54,785 nt of DNA from a virus (lineage: Duplodnaviria; Caudoviricetes): the IMG/VR virus record IMGVR_UViG_3300044638_001221, positions 1 through 54,785 of that record; one strand, 5' to 3'. A model generated the notes under the pieces. It ran no database searches and was not told the origin of the DNA. It worked only from the letters and a program-made list of their open reading frames with translations. Position numbers and translations under genes: made by a program. Shown here piece by piece: positions 1 to 11,000 of the stretch (position 1 is its first letter; the number at the start of each line of letters is the position of its first letter).

Positions 1-108
1 TCCGAGTCTTACGTTACGCTGCTTGGGCAGTGGGGCATGCTCGTAATGGGTGCGTACTTTGGCGGCAGAACGCTTGAAAAATTAGCCGACATGAAAGGTA
101 AAAAATGA
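1..108 (+). CDS. Holin, 3-TM/GTA-type (5' truncated)
   Basis: Frame 1 reads SESYVTLLGQWGMLVMGAYFGGRTLEKLADMKGKK*: hydrophobic helix, YFGGRxxEK and a basic tail. Stop overlaps the endolysin ATG (ATGA). Not in the ORF track. Confidence 0.7.
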   Translation, partial: SESYVTLLGQWGMLVMGAYFGGRTLEKLADMKGKK

Positions 109-536
109 GCCATCTAAGTAAACACTTCACCCTCGCCGAGTTAACAGTCACAGACCACCGTGAGTTTGACAACAGCCCGACACAGGAAGAAATAAGCAAC
201 CTGCAACGCTTGGCGCAACTGCTGGAGCAAGTTAAAGAAACCCTTGGCGGCAAGCCAATTATGATTAACTCTGCGTTCCGCAGTAAGCAGGTCAATGATG
301 CAGTTGGAAGTTCTGACAAGTCTCAGCATCGTAAGGGGTGCGCGGCTGACCTCCGTGTACCCGGCGTTACCCCTGATGAGGTAGTCCGTGCGGTAATTGC
401 TGCGGGTTTACCCTATGACCAGATCATCCGTGAGTTTGACCGTTGGACGCACATCAGTATCCCAAACACAGAAGATGCAGAACCAAGAGGGGTTGCGCTT
501 ATCATTGACAAAGCAGGTACTCGACCTTTCGCCTGA
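105..536 (+). CDS. Endolysin, peptidase M15A family (Zn-dependent)
   Basis: LSKHFTLAE start, INSAFRS, SQHxxGCAAD and WTHIS motifs. Follows the holin. Confidence 0.88.
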   Translation: MSHLSKHFTLAELTVTDHREFDNSPTQEEISNLQRLAQLLEQVKETLGGKPIMINSAFRSKQVNDAVGSSDKSQHRKGCAADLRVPGVTPDEVVRAVIAAGLPYDQIIREFDRWTHISIPNTEDAEPRGVALIIDKAGTRPFA

Positions 537-554
537 TTCATGGGAAAATGATCT

Positions 555-3116
555 ATGCCATTACAAAAACTACAGTTCAGACCCGGTGTAAACAGAGAAG
601 GCACTACCCTTGCTAACGAGGGTGGCTGGTTTGACTGCGACAAAATCCGTTTTCGTTCTGGCTACCCTGAAAAGATTGGTGGTTGGCAGGTTGATAATGG
701 GGTAGCCTCTACAGTAGAACCTGTTACAACGCTTGTAGCTACTAGTGGGCTTACCACTGCGGCAGTTGCGCCTAGCGGTGCGTTTTGGGGTATTGCCAAG
801 GCCATGTGGAATTGGATTAACCTAACAGGCTACAACCTTTTGGCGGTGGGAACCAACCTCAAGTACTACATCCAAAACTCCAGCGGTGGTGCGTACAACG
901 ATGTAACTCCCATCCGCTCAACAACCACAGGCGTAGCCAACGCTTTTACCACTACAAATACTTCAACGACTGTTACAGTTAATGACCCCGGACACGGGGC
1001 ACAGATCAACGACTTTGTAAACATTTCTAGCGTATCTGGTGCGGTCAATGGCATAACTGCCGCTAACTTAACTGGCGAGTTTCAAGTTCAGTCCGTTACC
1101 AACAATAACGCCTACACAATCATTGCAGGGGGCGCAGCGACATCTACTGGAACATCTGCGGTTACCGCCACATTTAATTACCAACTGACTACAGGTAACA
1201 CCACATTTACCTTCGGTACAGGCTGGGGAGTGGGTGGTTGGGGTGGCTCTACTGGCCCTTCAGCCGCATCCGCTATAAACGGTGGAACGGCGGTTACTTC
1301 TAGTTCAACTACAGCAATTACGCTTGCGTCTGTTACGGGGTTTACTAACGGTGCAGCATCCATGACTGGCTCGACTATTTCAGCTACAGGTGTGTTGAAT
1401 GTTGGAACGCTTGCCTCTGGGACTATCTACATTGGCATGGTGGTCACAGGCTCTGGAGTACCCGCAGGTACGTATATCCTCTCTAGCGTATCTGGTACGG
1501 GTACTGGGTCTATCTGGAACACCAACACAACCACTGCGGTGGCTTCCACAACGATCACAGGCAGCGGCGGGGTTGTGTTTATTGGCATTGAAGCTATTAC
1601 ATACACAACAGTTAGCGGAAGCACCCTTGCTGGGACTATTACTCGCGGCGTAGGAAACACCCCCACATCTGCCCACGCTGATGGTGAATTAGTTTCTCAG
1701 TTTGGCTCTACCGCAACAGGGTGGGGGTTAGCCGCACCAGAGGGTCTTGGCGTTGGCATCCAGATTCGTTTGTGGAGCCAGTCTAACTATGGTGAAGATT
1801 TGGTGTTCAACCCCCGTGGTAGTGCTATGTACTACTGGGCTAACAACGGGAATCCAAACATTTTTGACCGTGGGCAGATTGTTAAGGCTGGTACGGCTAT
1901 CGCTACTAAATATGGCTCGTTTACACCAGATTCCACATGCCCTTCAATGTCTAACCTTGTGTTGGTGTCCGACTCTTCGCGCTTTACTTTTGCTTTTGGG
2001 TGCAATGACCCAACGGGTGTATATGCAACTGTAGCCCAAGACCCAATGCAAGTTCGTTGGTCTGACCAAAATTCATTAGCCACTTGGACACCAGCAATTA
2101 CCAACCAAGCGGGCGGCATCCGTTTAAGCCACGGCTCTACCGTGGTTACTGCCATACAAACTCGCCAAGAAATTTTGGTGTTAACCGATTCGGCAGTTTA
2201 TTCCTTCCAGTACCTTGGCGCTCCCTACGTATGGGGAAACCAAATTCTTGGTGACAACATCTCTATTGCCAGCCCCAACTCAGTAGCCACAGTTAACAAC
2301 GTCACTTATTGGATGGGCGCAGATAAGTTTTATATGTATTCTGGACGGGTGGAAACCCTGCCGTGCGCGTTGCGCCAGTACATCTATGGCAACATCAACT
2401 TAGCAGAAGCAGCCCAAATTCACTGCGGAACCAACGAAGGCTACAACGAAATCTGGTGGTTCTATCCATCTATCACGGGAACTACGTCTGATGATGAAAA
2501 CGGCACTGGCACACCCGGCTCACCCAATACGTTGATTGATCGCTATGTCATCTATAACCACTTAGAGCGTATTTGGTACTACGGCACTTTTAACGGCACG
2601 ACTGTGCGTCCCCGCACTGCTTGGTTAGACAGCGCACTTCGCTCGGAACCTATGGCGGCTATTGGCTATGTTTCTGGTAGTACTTATACCAACGGTGCTG
2701 TGGTCTATCACGAAACTACCGTGGACAATAACGAAACTACCACCCCTGTTGCCATTGATGCTTACGTTCAATCTTCGGATTTTGATATTGGCGACGGGCA
2801 TAATTTTGGGTTTGTTTGGCGGCTTATTCCTGATATTACTTTTGATGGCTCCACTTCAGCAGCACCCTCCACCAACTTCACGGTTCGCCCACGTCAAAAC
2901 CCCGGCTCCAACTACGGGACTTCAAACAACCCGTTTGTAAACAGCACCCAGTCTTACGCTGGCACAACGACCTACAACGTCCAGCAATTTACCCAACAGG
3001 TCTATGTGCGGATTCGGGGTCGTCAGATGGCGTTTAAGATTTCTTCAACCGACCTTGGTACACAGTGGCAACTGGGCGCTCCACGTATTGATGTCCGACC
3101 AGACGGCAGGAGATAA
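555..3116 (+). CDS. Tail/head-closure protein (P22 gp10-like or tail tubular B-like) with S/T-rich inserts
   Basis: 853 aa, beta-rich, VRWSDQ and RGRQ..FKI conserved blocks. Lies upstream of the ejection genes. Confidence 0.65.
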   Translation: MPLQKLQFRPGVNREGTTLANEGGWFDCDKIRFRSGYPEKIGGWQVDNGVASTVEPVTTLVATSGLTTAAVAPSGAFWGIAKAMWNWINLTGYNLLAVGTNLKYYIQNSSGGAYNDVTPIRSTTTGVANAFTTTNTSTTVTVNDPGHGAQINDFVNISSVSGAVNGITAANLTGEFQVQSVTNNNAYTIIAGGAATSTGTSAVTATFNYQLTTGNTTFTFGTGWGVGGWGGSTGPSAASAINGGTAVTSSSTTAITLASVTGFTNGAASMTGSTISATGVLNVGTLASGTIYIGMVVTGSGVPAGTYILSSVSGTGTGSIWNTNTTTAVASTTITGSGGVVFIGIEAITYTTVSGSTLAGTITRGVGNTPTSAHADGELVSQFGSTATGWGLAAPEGLGVGIQIRLWSQSNYGEDLVFNPRGSAMYYWANNGNPNIFDRGQIVKAGTAIATKYGSFTPDSTCPSMSNLVLVSDSSRFTFAFGCNDPTGVYATVAQDPMQVRWSDQNSLATWTPAITNQAGGIRLSHGSTVVTAIQTRQEILVLTDSAVYSFQYLGAPYVWGNQILGDNISIASPNSVATVNNVTYWMGADKFYMYSGRVETLPCALRQYIYGNINLAEAAQIHCGTNEGYNEIWWFYPSITGTTSDDENGTGTPGSPNTLIDRYVIYNHLERIWYYGTFNGTTVRPRTAWLDSALRSEPMAAIGYVSGSTYTNGAVVYHETTVDNNETTTPVAIDAYVQSSDFDIGDGHNFGFVWRLIPDITFDGSTSAAPSTNFTVRPRQNPGSNYGTSNNPFVNSTQSYAGTTTYNVQQFTQQVYVRIRGRQMAFKISSTDLGTQWQLGAPRIDVRPDGRR

Positions 3117-3118
3117 GC

Positions 3119-3454
3119 ATGGCAGCAAAAGGCGTAGTAGCCCCACGATTACCCGCAGCACCCGTTGAGTACGATCGTATATACATAGATTCGCTATTGG
3201 GTTTTTTACGCCAGTACTTCAATGCGCTGGATAACCCCGGCCCAGTATTAGTGGCAACGCAAAGACAGCCAGCTACAGGGACTACGCCTGTACAAGTTAT
3301 TTCTGCCCTAAGTTGCGCTGCGCCCGATGCGGCGGGTTCCCCCACTATTAGTCTGCCAACACAGGCGGATTTTGCTAACTTGCGCTCTGGCGATATTTAC
3401 TACGATACGTCTGGCGGGGCTGCAACAAACTACCCACTAAGGATTAAGGCATGA
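3119..3454 (+). CDS. Hypothetical virion protein
   Basis: Tightly coupled 111-aa ORF; PRLPAAPVEYD...LRQYFNALD. Confidence 0.6.
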   Translation: MAAKGVVAPRLPAAPVEYDRIYIDSLLGFLRQYFNALDNPGPVLVATQRQPATGTTPVQVISALSCAAPDAAGSPTISLPTQADFANLRSGDIYYDTSGGAATNYPLRIKA

Positions 3455-3488
3455 TAAACTCAATTAAACCCTTTTATACGAGGCAAAA

Positions 3489-5087
3489 ATGAGCCTACAT
3501 AACGCCGCTAAACATATAGCCGCCCACGGTCGTGGCGAAGACACAGTACTTATCCACATGACCCCCGAAGAGGTTGGCGGTTTACAAGCCGCAGCACTAG
3601 CGCACGGTGGCTCGTTGACGATTAACCCACATACGGGTTTGGCTGAAGCAGGCTTCCTGCAAGCTATTTTGCCTACATTGCTTGGCGCGGGCCTATCAAT
3701 GATTCCCGGCGTTGGCCCTCTTATGGCTGCTGGGCTTGTTGGTGGCGGGACTGCTCTAGCCACTGGGGATTTGAAGAAGGGCTTGATGGCTGGCCTTGGC
3801 GCGTACGGCGGCGCGGGCATTTACGGCGCTATGAATCCTGCGGCTGTAGCAACCCAAGGCGCAAGCACTGCTGCCGCCAGCACTGCTGCTGCGGCCCCAA
3901 CGTCAATTGTTCCAAACGCCACTGCACTGGCTCCCATCCCCGCAGCCGCTCCCCCCGTCCCAATTAGTAATGGTTTGATGGGTTCTGGCACGTATCCGCT
4001 GGGGAATATTCCAGACGTAACCCAGTCGGTTATGGTAAACCCATCATCAGCGGCGTTCTCACCCACTTCAGTAACGCAAGGAACGCCCCCTACCTATCTT
4101 GGCCCCAATATGTCAAGCGCCAATTTACCGAGTACTAAAATTGACCTTGGTCTAAAGCCCAGCTATACGCCCCCTGCTAAATCGTTTGAAGACGCTCTTT
4201 TATCTAGGAACGGCGCTATGGTTGCGGGTTCGGTTTTTGGTGGTTTGCAAGAAGACCCCAAAGCCGCGACTCCAGCCGACGTTGGCATGATTCGCCCGTA
4301 CACATTTGACCGCACCAAGAACGCCAGCGCGTTCCAAGATGTTGCTGGTGAACCGTTGAGTTCCAGAGAACGTAACTATTTTACTGACCAATACACAGCG
4401 TTGACCCCCTATAAAGCACCGGGCCCTGAGTACAAGAACATGGCAGCGGGTGGCCCTGTAGAGCAGATGTCTAACAACGCAGCTATGGGTGCAAACACCA
4501 TGTATCCGATGGCTAACATGGCATCGTCGTCTTTTGCTACACCTTACCAAGCCCCTCTATCTACCAATATGCTTGCCCCTTCCGGTGATGCTGCGGTGGG
4601 TATAAATGCTGAACCCAATATGCAGGGTACTCGTTTAGCTGGTGGTGGCGCTTTAAATGAGGGTATGTTTGGGTCTGTTGGCGAGATGGCTAAAAAAATG
4701 CTCGGGGAGCAACAATCAAACGGCTCACATCAATATACCTATGACCCAAAAACCCAACAATACACTGAAGTGCAGCAAGGTACTTCAATGCCTTATATGG
4801 CTGCGGGTGGCTCGTTGGGTAGCTACTCAGACGGCGGGCGGATGCTCAAAGGGCCGGGTGACGGCATGTCTGACAACATCCCAGCAGTTATAGGCAAAAA
4901 ACAACCCGCACGGTTGGCAGATGGCGAGTTTGTAGTTCCAGCAGATGTGGTGTCACATCTGGGCAATGGCTCTACCGATGCAGGTGCCAAGCAGTTGTAC
5001 GCCATGATGGACAAGATTCGTGCTGCGCGTACGGGCACAAAGAAACAGGGAAAGCAAATCAACCCACGTAAATACATGCCAGCATGA
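3489..5087 (+). CDS. Internal virion (ejection) protein
   Basis: GRGEDTVLIHM N-terminal block, Gly/Ala hydrophobic segment, C-terminal GPGDGMSD..PA..LADGEFVVPADVV block. GAGG SD. Confidence 0.65.
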   Translation: MSLHNAAKHIAAHGRGEDTVLIHMTPEEVGGLQAAALAHGGSLTINPHTGLAEAGFLQAILPTLLGAGLSMIPGVGPLMAAGLVGGGTALATGDLKKGLMAGLGAYGGAGIYGAMNPAAVATQGASTAAASTAAAAPTSIVPNATALAPIPAAAPPVPISNGLMGSGTYPLGNIPDVTQSVMVNPSSAAFSPTSVTQGTPPTYLGPNMSSANLPSTKIDLGLKPSYTPPAKSFEDALLSRNGAMVAGSVFGGLQEDPKAATPADVGMIRPYTFDRTKNASAFQDVAGEPLSSRERNYFTDQYTALTPYKAPGPEYKNMAAGGPVEQMSNNAAMGANTMYPMANMASSSFATPYQAPLSTNMLAPSGDAAVGINAEPNMQGTRLAGGGALNEGMFGSVGEMAKKMLGEQQSNGSHQYTYDPKTQQYTEVQQGTSMPYMAAGGSLGSYSDGGRMLKGPGDGMSDNIPAVIGKKQPARLADGEFVVPADVVSHLGNGSTDAGAKQLYAMMDKIRAARTGTKKQGKQINPRKYMPA

Positions 5088-5545
5088 CATACACCTTCAC
5101 CGTAGAACGCTTCTCGGACACATACAGCGAACTTGAACCGCTGTATAGGCAGCATTACGGGGAAATGATTGACAGGCTGGCTGGGCAAGGGATTGAGTAC
5201 TCACCCTATAACCCACGCCTTGAGGAGTACATCAAGGCAGGAGATGGCGGTTGGTTGCTGACGTTTGTTTTGCGTTGCGATGGAGTTGCTTGTGGTTATG
5301 GGAATGCCTATATCACCAACGATATGCACAACGGGGATTTGATTTCGCAGGAAGATACGCTTTTTGTATTGAAAGAACACCGTAACGGGGTTGGCAAAAA
5401 GCTTGTTCAGTTTGTACTCCAAGAGCTAAAATCTCGGGGTGTAAAGCGTTTGGTAGTGTCGGCAATGACCGATTTGCGCGTTGCAAAACTTTGGGGCCGG
5501 ATGGGTTTCAAAGAGGCTGCTACGCAGATGATTTACGAATTTTAA
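5084..5545 (+). CDS. GNAT-family acetyltransferase
   Basis: LFVLKEHRNGVGKKL acetyl-CoA motif A and LWGRMGF motif B. Confidence 0.8.
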   Translation: MTYTFTVERFSDTYSELEPLYRQHYGEMIDRLAGQGIEYSPYNPRLEEYIKAGDGGWLLTFVLRCDGVACGYGNAYITNDMHNGDLISQEDTLFVLKEHRNGVGKKLVQFVLQELKSRGVKRLVVSAMTDLRVAKLWGRMGFKEAATQMIYEF

Positions 5546-5554
5546 GGAACCGCT

Positions 5555-6529
5555 ATGTGCAGTCCATCAAAACCTACAGAACCCACTAGTACGACGAATA
5601 CAACCACGTCTATCCCCGAATACGCCAAGCCGTATGTCGAGCGGATGCTGGGTAAGACAGAGGCGTTATCTAACACCCCGTACCAAACGTACGATCGTGA
5701 ACGCATTGCGGGATTTAGCGACTTGCAGAACAAGTCGTTTGAAGGTGCAAACACCATGCAGCCCTCACAACAGTTGGGGCAAGGCAGCGGGCTGGCGTAC
5801 GGCGCAGGGTTAGGCGGTGTGGGTATGGCGATGCAAGCCAACCCACAGAACTTCCAAAGCCAAGTGGGCGGGTACATGAACCCGTACCTACAGCAATCTT
5901 TGGCACCGCAGTTGGCAGAAGCTAACCGCAACTACGACATAAGCGGAACACAACAACAGGCTAACGCTACAAGGGCTGGCGCGTTTGGTGGCTCACGCGA
6001 AGCGATCATGGCTGCTGAAAACGAGCGCAACCGCAACACAGGGTTAAGCAGCATCATTGGGCAAGGCTACAACACAGCATTCGGTAACGCACAGAACCAG
6101 TACAACCAGTCACAAAACCAAGCCCTGCAAGGGTTGGGCATGGCAAATGCTGCGGCTGGCACTTTGGGTCAGTTGGGTCAAAACCAGTACGGTCAGATGA
6201 TGGGCATCAACCAACTGCAAAACCAGTACGGCGCTCAACAGCAGACACAGAACCAGAACATTTTGGGTCAGCAGTACCAAGACTTCCTAAATCAGCAAAA
6301 CTATCCGTACAAGCAGTTGGGCTTTATGTCTGACATGACTAGGGGTTTACCCTTGTCCCAAGGTTCGTCTACGATATATCAAGCGCCGCCTTCTCTGGCA
6401 TCACAGGCTGTGGGTGTTGGCATGCTGGGTAAGGGTCTGGGTGCGTTTGCCGAAGGCGGTGAAATTGAAGAAACTTACGCTGGCTTGCCAGCAGGTGCGT
6501 TACAGCGCGTCATGGGAGGTCAAGCATGA
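5555..6529 (+). CDS. Internal virion (ejection) protein, Gln/Gly-rich
   Basis: YMNPY and AGAFGGSR motifs, low-complexity Q/G/N helices, N-terminal MC. AAGGAA SD. Confidence 0.65.
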   Translation: MCSPSKPTEPTSTTNTTTSIPEYAKPYVERMLGKTEALSNTPYQTYDRERIAGFSDLQNKSFEGANTMQPSQQLGQGSGLAYGAGLGGVGMAMQANPQNFQSQVGGYMNPYLQQSLAPQLAEANRNYDISGTQQQANATRAGAFGGSREAIMAAENERNRNTGLSSIIGQGYNTAFGNAQNQYNQSQNQALQGLGMANAAAGTLGQLGQNQYGQMMGINQLQNQYGAQQQTQNQNILGQQYQDFLNQQNYPYKQLGFMSDMTRGLPLSQGSSTIYQAPPSLASQAVGVGMLGKGLGAFAEGGEIEETYAGLPAGALQRVMGGQA

Positions 6530-8067
6530 TCGGTCAATCACTAGCCCACATGGATATTGCCGCCTTGCAGAAGGCGGTGTTGGGTATGGACCCTGCGATT
6601 AAGCCGTACGCCGCGCTTGCTGCGTTGCAAGAGAAGGTTAAGTCCCAGCAGATGAAACAAGGTCAAGCGTTGCAGAACCCTGCACAGCCGCCTGTGGCGC
6701 AGCAAATGATGGCGCAAGCCCAGCAGTTAAGCCCCGCGCAAATTAGTAACCCCTATATGGCATCTGGTCTGGGCGCTGCCCCCGTGCAGTCTCCTGTCCA
6801 AGAACCCGCTACCGGCATGGCATCAGGCGGCATCGTTGCGTTTGACGAGGGTGGGGAAGTCCCACGCTTTGCTGGCCCAACAGGTAGCCAAGTGCAAGAA
6901 GCTCAAACTTTTGTAGACGCTATGGGTATTGAACGCAACTCCAAAACTGGGGAACCCGTAAAGTCGATGCTCTCAAGAATAGGTGATTTTCGTGATCGCG
7001 AGCAAGCAAAAGCAGCAATGCCAGAACGCCGCATAGCAAACGCCACAGACGAACTAATGTTACGCCCAACGGCAGCCCCTGCAAGTGCTGATAGCCGCCC
7101 TTATATAGAGCGCGACCTAACTACCCGTCCGCCCGGGCTTGCGAGCCTTGTAGGAAAAATAACCCCCGCCGCTAACTTGAAAAAGGAAGGCTCGACCAAA
7201 CGCGGCCCTGCAAATGTAGCTGCTACGCCAACAGAAAAACCCAAGGCGGGGCTTGGTCAAACCGACCAAGCAAGTAGATACGACACAACCCCACAGTACA
7301 AGACTATGGACGAGTTCTTGGCGGCACGCAAAAACGCTGAGAAAAACACAGACGTATTGCCAGAAGACGAGTACAGCAAAACCTTGCGCCAAAACCTTAC
7401 TAAGCGTGAAGAACGCTTGGCACAGGCAGAGAAAAAGGGCGAGCAGATGGCTTACTTGCAAGCTGCTGGAGCTTTCTTCGGTCCGGGCAGTCTGCAACAG
7501 AACGCTTCACGGGCAATCCCCATGTTTGCTGAAGCCAAGATGAAAGCTAACTCTGCGTTGGAAGCCGCGCAAGAAAAAGCTACGGACGCACAAGATGCGT
7601 GGGCACGCTACAACCAAGCACGCCAAGACGGCAATAAGAAAGACGCACGCGAAGCGTTTAAAGATTTCAACGCCTATACCACCCAAGCCAAACAGTTACA
7701 GCTTACGGGCCAACATTACCAAGATACTGCTGCACATTACATCCGTGCAGACGCAACAGGTTCTCGGATGGCTGATGCCTCTATGGTGGCAGCACAAAAC
7801 CGTGGTCTTGGAGGCGGTGGTGGCGGGGAGAAACGGCAGTTGGACCAACTTAAAGCGTTGCAAACAAGTCTGAAAGACCAGTTAAAAGACCCGATGTTGA
7901 GTTTACCTAGAAACGCAGCACAAAAGGCCGCGTTGGCAAAACAGTTAGTAGAAGTGAACGGGGCTATTGCAGGTATGGCAGGATTGAATACAATGCCAGA
8001 AACAACCCTCAGTCCCGGTGCTGGCGGTGTAAACCGACTGCCTTTAGATCAGTACTATATTAAATAA
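6526..8067 (+). CDS. Internal virion (ejection) protein, coiled-coil
   Basis: 513 aa, A/Q/K-rich helices, MASGGIVAFDEGG, located between ejection genes. Confidence 0.6.
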   Translation: MIGQSLAHMDIAALQKAVLGMDPAIKPYAALAALQEKVKSQQMKQGQALQNPAQPPVAQQMMAQAQQLSPAQISNPYMASGLGAAPVQSPVQEPATGMASGGIVAFDEGGEVPRFAGPTGSQVQEAQTFVDAMGIERNSKTGEPVKSMLSRIGDFRDREQAKAAMPERRIANATDELMLRPTAAPASADSRPYIERDLTTRPPGLASLVGKITPAANLKKEGSTKRGPANVAATPTEKPKAGLGQTDQASRYDTTPQYKTMDEFLAARKNAEKNTDVLPEDEYSKTLRQNLTKREERLAQAEKKGEQMAYLQAAGAFFGPGSLQQNASRAIPMFAEAKMKANSALEAAQEKATDAQDAWARYNQARQDGNKKDAREAFKDFNAYTTQAKQLQLTGQHYQDTAAHYIRADATGSRMADASMVAAQNRGLGGGGGGEKRQLDQLKALQTSLKDQLKDPMLSLPRNAAQKAALAKQLVEVNGAIAGMAGLNTMPETTLSPGAGGVNRLPLDQYYIK

Positions 8068-8071
8068 CGAT

Positions 8072-11000
8072 ATGGCAACATTCAACACCGCCGCAGCATT
8101 AAAAGCCGGATACACAGAACTCCAGATTGCAGAGTTCTTAGGGCAGCAAAATAAATTTAATACGGCGGCAGCGTTGCAAGCGGGGTATGCCCCCGCTGAC
8201 ATCATCAAACAGCTAAGTGGGCCCCCACCCACTACCATTGGTGGGCAGACTAAAGAATTCTTTAAAGGTATCCCATCGGGGGCGGTGGGTCTTCTCGAAA
8301 CTGCGGCTACTGGTGCGTCTGCTTTGTTGCCAGACGACATGGAAAAGTCTGCGCGCAAGACTATTTCTGAAACTGCCGCTGCTGCCAAAAAACCGTTTGA
8401 AGCCGCTAAAGGTTACGAAGATAGCATTCCACGTAGGCTCGGTGAAGGTGTTGGTTCTACCGCACCGTTCTTCTTGCTTGGCCCCGCAGGAGTAGCGGGT
8501 CGTGTGGCTGGCGCGGGGTTAGGTGTTGCCGCTGGTGCTGGCGAAGCCCGTCAAGAAGCTGAAGCCAAAGGTGCGACAGGTGACGAACGGATGTTTGCTA
8601 CCGCATTGGGTGCCCCAGTTGGCTTGCTTGACCTACTTGCACCACAAGTTAAAGCTGGCAAGAGCATGATTCTCAACGCGTTCAAACGCGGTGGTATGGA
8701 AGGTGCAACCGAAGCCGCGCAGAAAGTTGCTCAAAACTTAATTGCCAAAGGTCTATACGACCCAACGCGTAGTGCGTTGGAAGGGTCAGGCGAAGAAGGC
8801 GCATACGGCGCTGGCACTGGCGCAATCATTAGTTTCTTACTTGACGCTACCCTTGGCAAACGTGCAAAGAGTGGAAGTTCTGCGCCCGGTACTCCCTCTG
8901 GTGAAGCCCCACAAGGTGATGCAGAACAGCAAGCCAAACGCGTTGCCCGAGAGCAAGAGCAGATGGGTGTTAAGCAAGGGCGCGAAGCCCGTGCAGGTGA
9001 GAAGTTGCTTAATATTGACGAGCGGGAAGCCGCCAAAGCAGAAGCTCTTGCACAGAAAGACCGCCTTGCTGCGATGGACCGCCTCAATGCAGAGGCACGC
9101 GCCGTACGCGAAGCTGACTTAAAAGCAGCGTTCCCCGCAGATTACAGCGATGTAATGCAGCGTGCAGACAACTACGTTGAACTGAGCAAAGAGCTAGATG
9201 CGATTGGCAGTTCCCAAACCAAAGAAGCCAAAGCACGCCGTGCGCAACTCCAAGCGCGGATGCAGGGGATTGTGGAAGAAGATACTCGTGTGGTACGTGA
9301 AGTTTCCCGCATCCAGCAAGACCAAGCCCGCTTGGCTAAACAGGCTGGGTTCCCAGCACAAAAGTCTGCCAAAGCATTTGAAGCCGCGCCCCCGCAGATG
9401 GAGATGCGCGAAGCGATGCTTGAGCCGGGGCAAGTACTGCCACCACAGCTTGACTTGCAGGGAAACATCATTACACCAGAGGCACCTGTAGAGGAGCCTG
9501 TTAAACGTTTTCCCACATTTAAAAACGCAACAGACGCAGCGCGTGGCATGCAGCGTGGCGAGGCTGCACTAGCCAAAGAAGCCACAGCCCTACGCAAAGA
9601 ACAAGAAGCCGCTGGGCAGATGACGCTTGCACCACGCGTTGAACCAAAGGTAACAGAGCAGCCAGTTCCTGAGCCAGTCAAGGTTGAGAAGCCCGTTGCG
9701 CTTACGCCTGACACTGTGCCCACCACCGTCACGCCCGACGTTTTGGGTGCCTTGGGTATTGGACGCACGGCAATTATTCGTAAGCCTGACCACGGCATCA
9801 TGGGTAAAGATATTACTGACCCCGCCCAAGCCGCTGAAGTTAAGTCCATCCTTACAGCCTACCGCCAAGGCCGTAGCGCACCCATACAGGAAAAAATAGA
9901 TGCATACCTTGCGCGACCAGAATTCCAAGCCGCCGCGCCTACCGAGAATATTGCAGAAGGAGAGACAAATGCTGGACAAACTGAGCCGCCCCCAGATCGA
10001 ACTGGCGTTCAACTACCTGACCAAACCGTTCAAGGAAAGCCCCCCAGACGAACTCTCAAAATTAAACGAGATGGAGTGGTTTCTCCTGAGCCGGATGTTG
10101 GACAGCCTGCTGTCGGAGAAGCTGAACAGCCCGCTCCAGTAGAAGAAGCCCCTGCCGAAACACCTGCCGAAACACCTGCCGAAACACCTGCCGAAACACC
10201 TGCCGAAACACCTGCCGAAACACCTGCCGAAACACCTGCCGCGCCTAAGAAGCCGATGGGCATGTTCGACCAGTTGGTAAAACCAGAGACTGCCGAAAAA
10301 GGTAAGGGTGAGAAAGCCGCACCTGAACCCACGGTGGAAGAAGAGGCCATCGGTGTAGCACAAGTTAAGTTTGACCCTTGGGACCCCAACAGCTACAGGG
10401 GGATGTGGAAAGACCTTGAGAAAGAAAACGGGCGTAGTCCGGGGGAAGCCCTGCAAGATTTGTTGGATGCAAGGCACGCAGACCAGTTGGGCAAGCGTAC
10501 TATCGGGGCTAAAACCAAGAGCATAAAAAAATCTGTAGACGAGCAGTCTCCAGCAGAAGAAGCTGTACGCGTAGAAGCTGTTACCGCTGCGGTTAAGACC
10601 CTGACGGGTGCTGACAAGATGGTGCTGGCAAAGCACTACAAGCAACCAAAGTTTAACAAAGCTGCCGAAACATCATTCATCAACGATACCATTAAGGCGA
10701 TTACTGACGGCATTGAGTCCGTCTCTAAGGCAATCCACAAGTACGTTCGCAAGGCCATGTCCGGCATGCTGTCTGTGGCTATGGTTATCAACCCACAGTT
10801 TATGAGTTTGCCAGAGGCTGCGCTAATCACCAGCCCTGCCACATACGTAGTTGAGCAGGCGGTTACAGCCACCGTGCCCGCAGATGCCGCTAAGTTCATG
10901 TCGCCTGCCGCCCAGACTGCGTACGCAACAATACTGCCCGCGCTCAAAGCTGACTTAAAATCACGCAATAAGTTGTTCTTGATGCACGACAAACCCTCGG

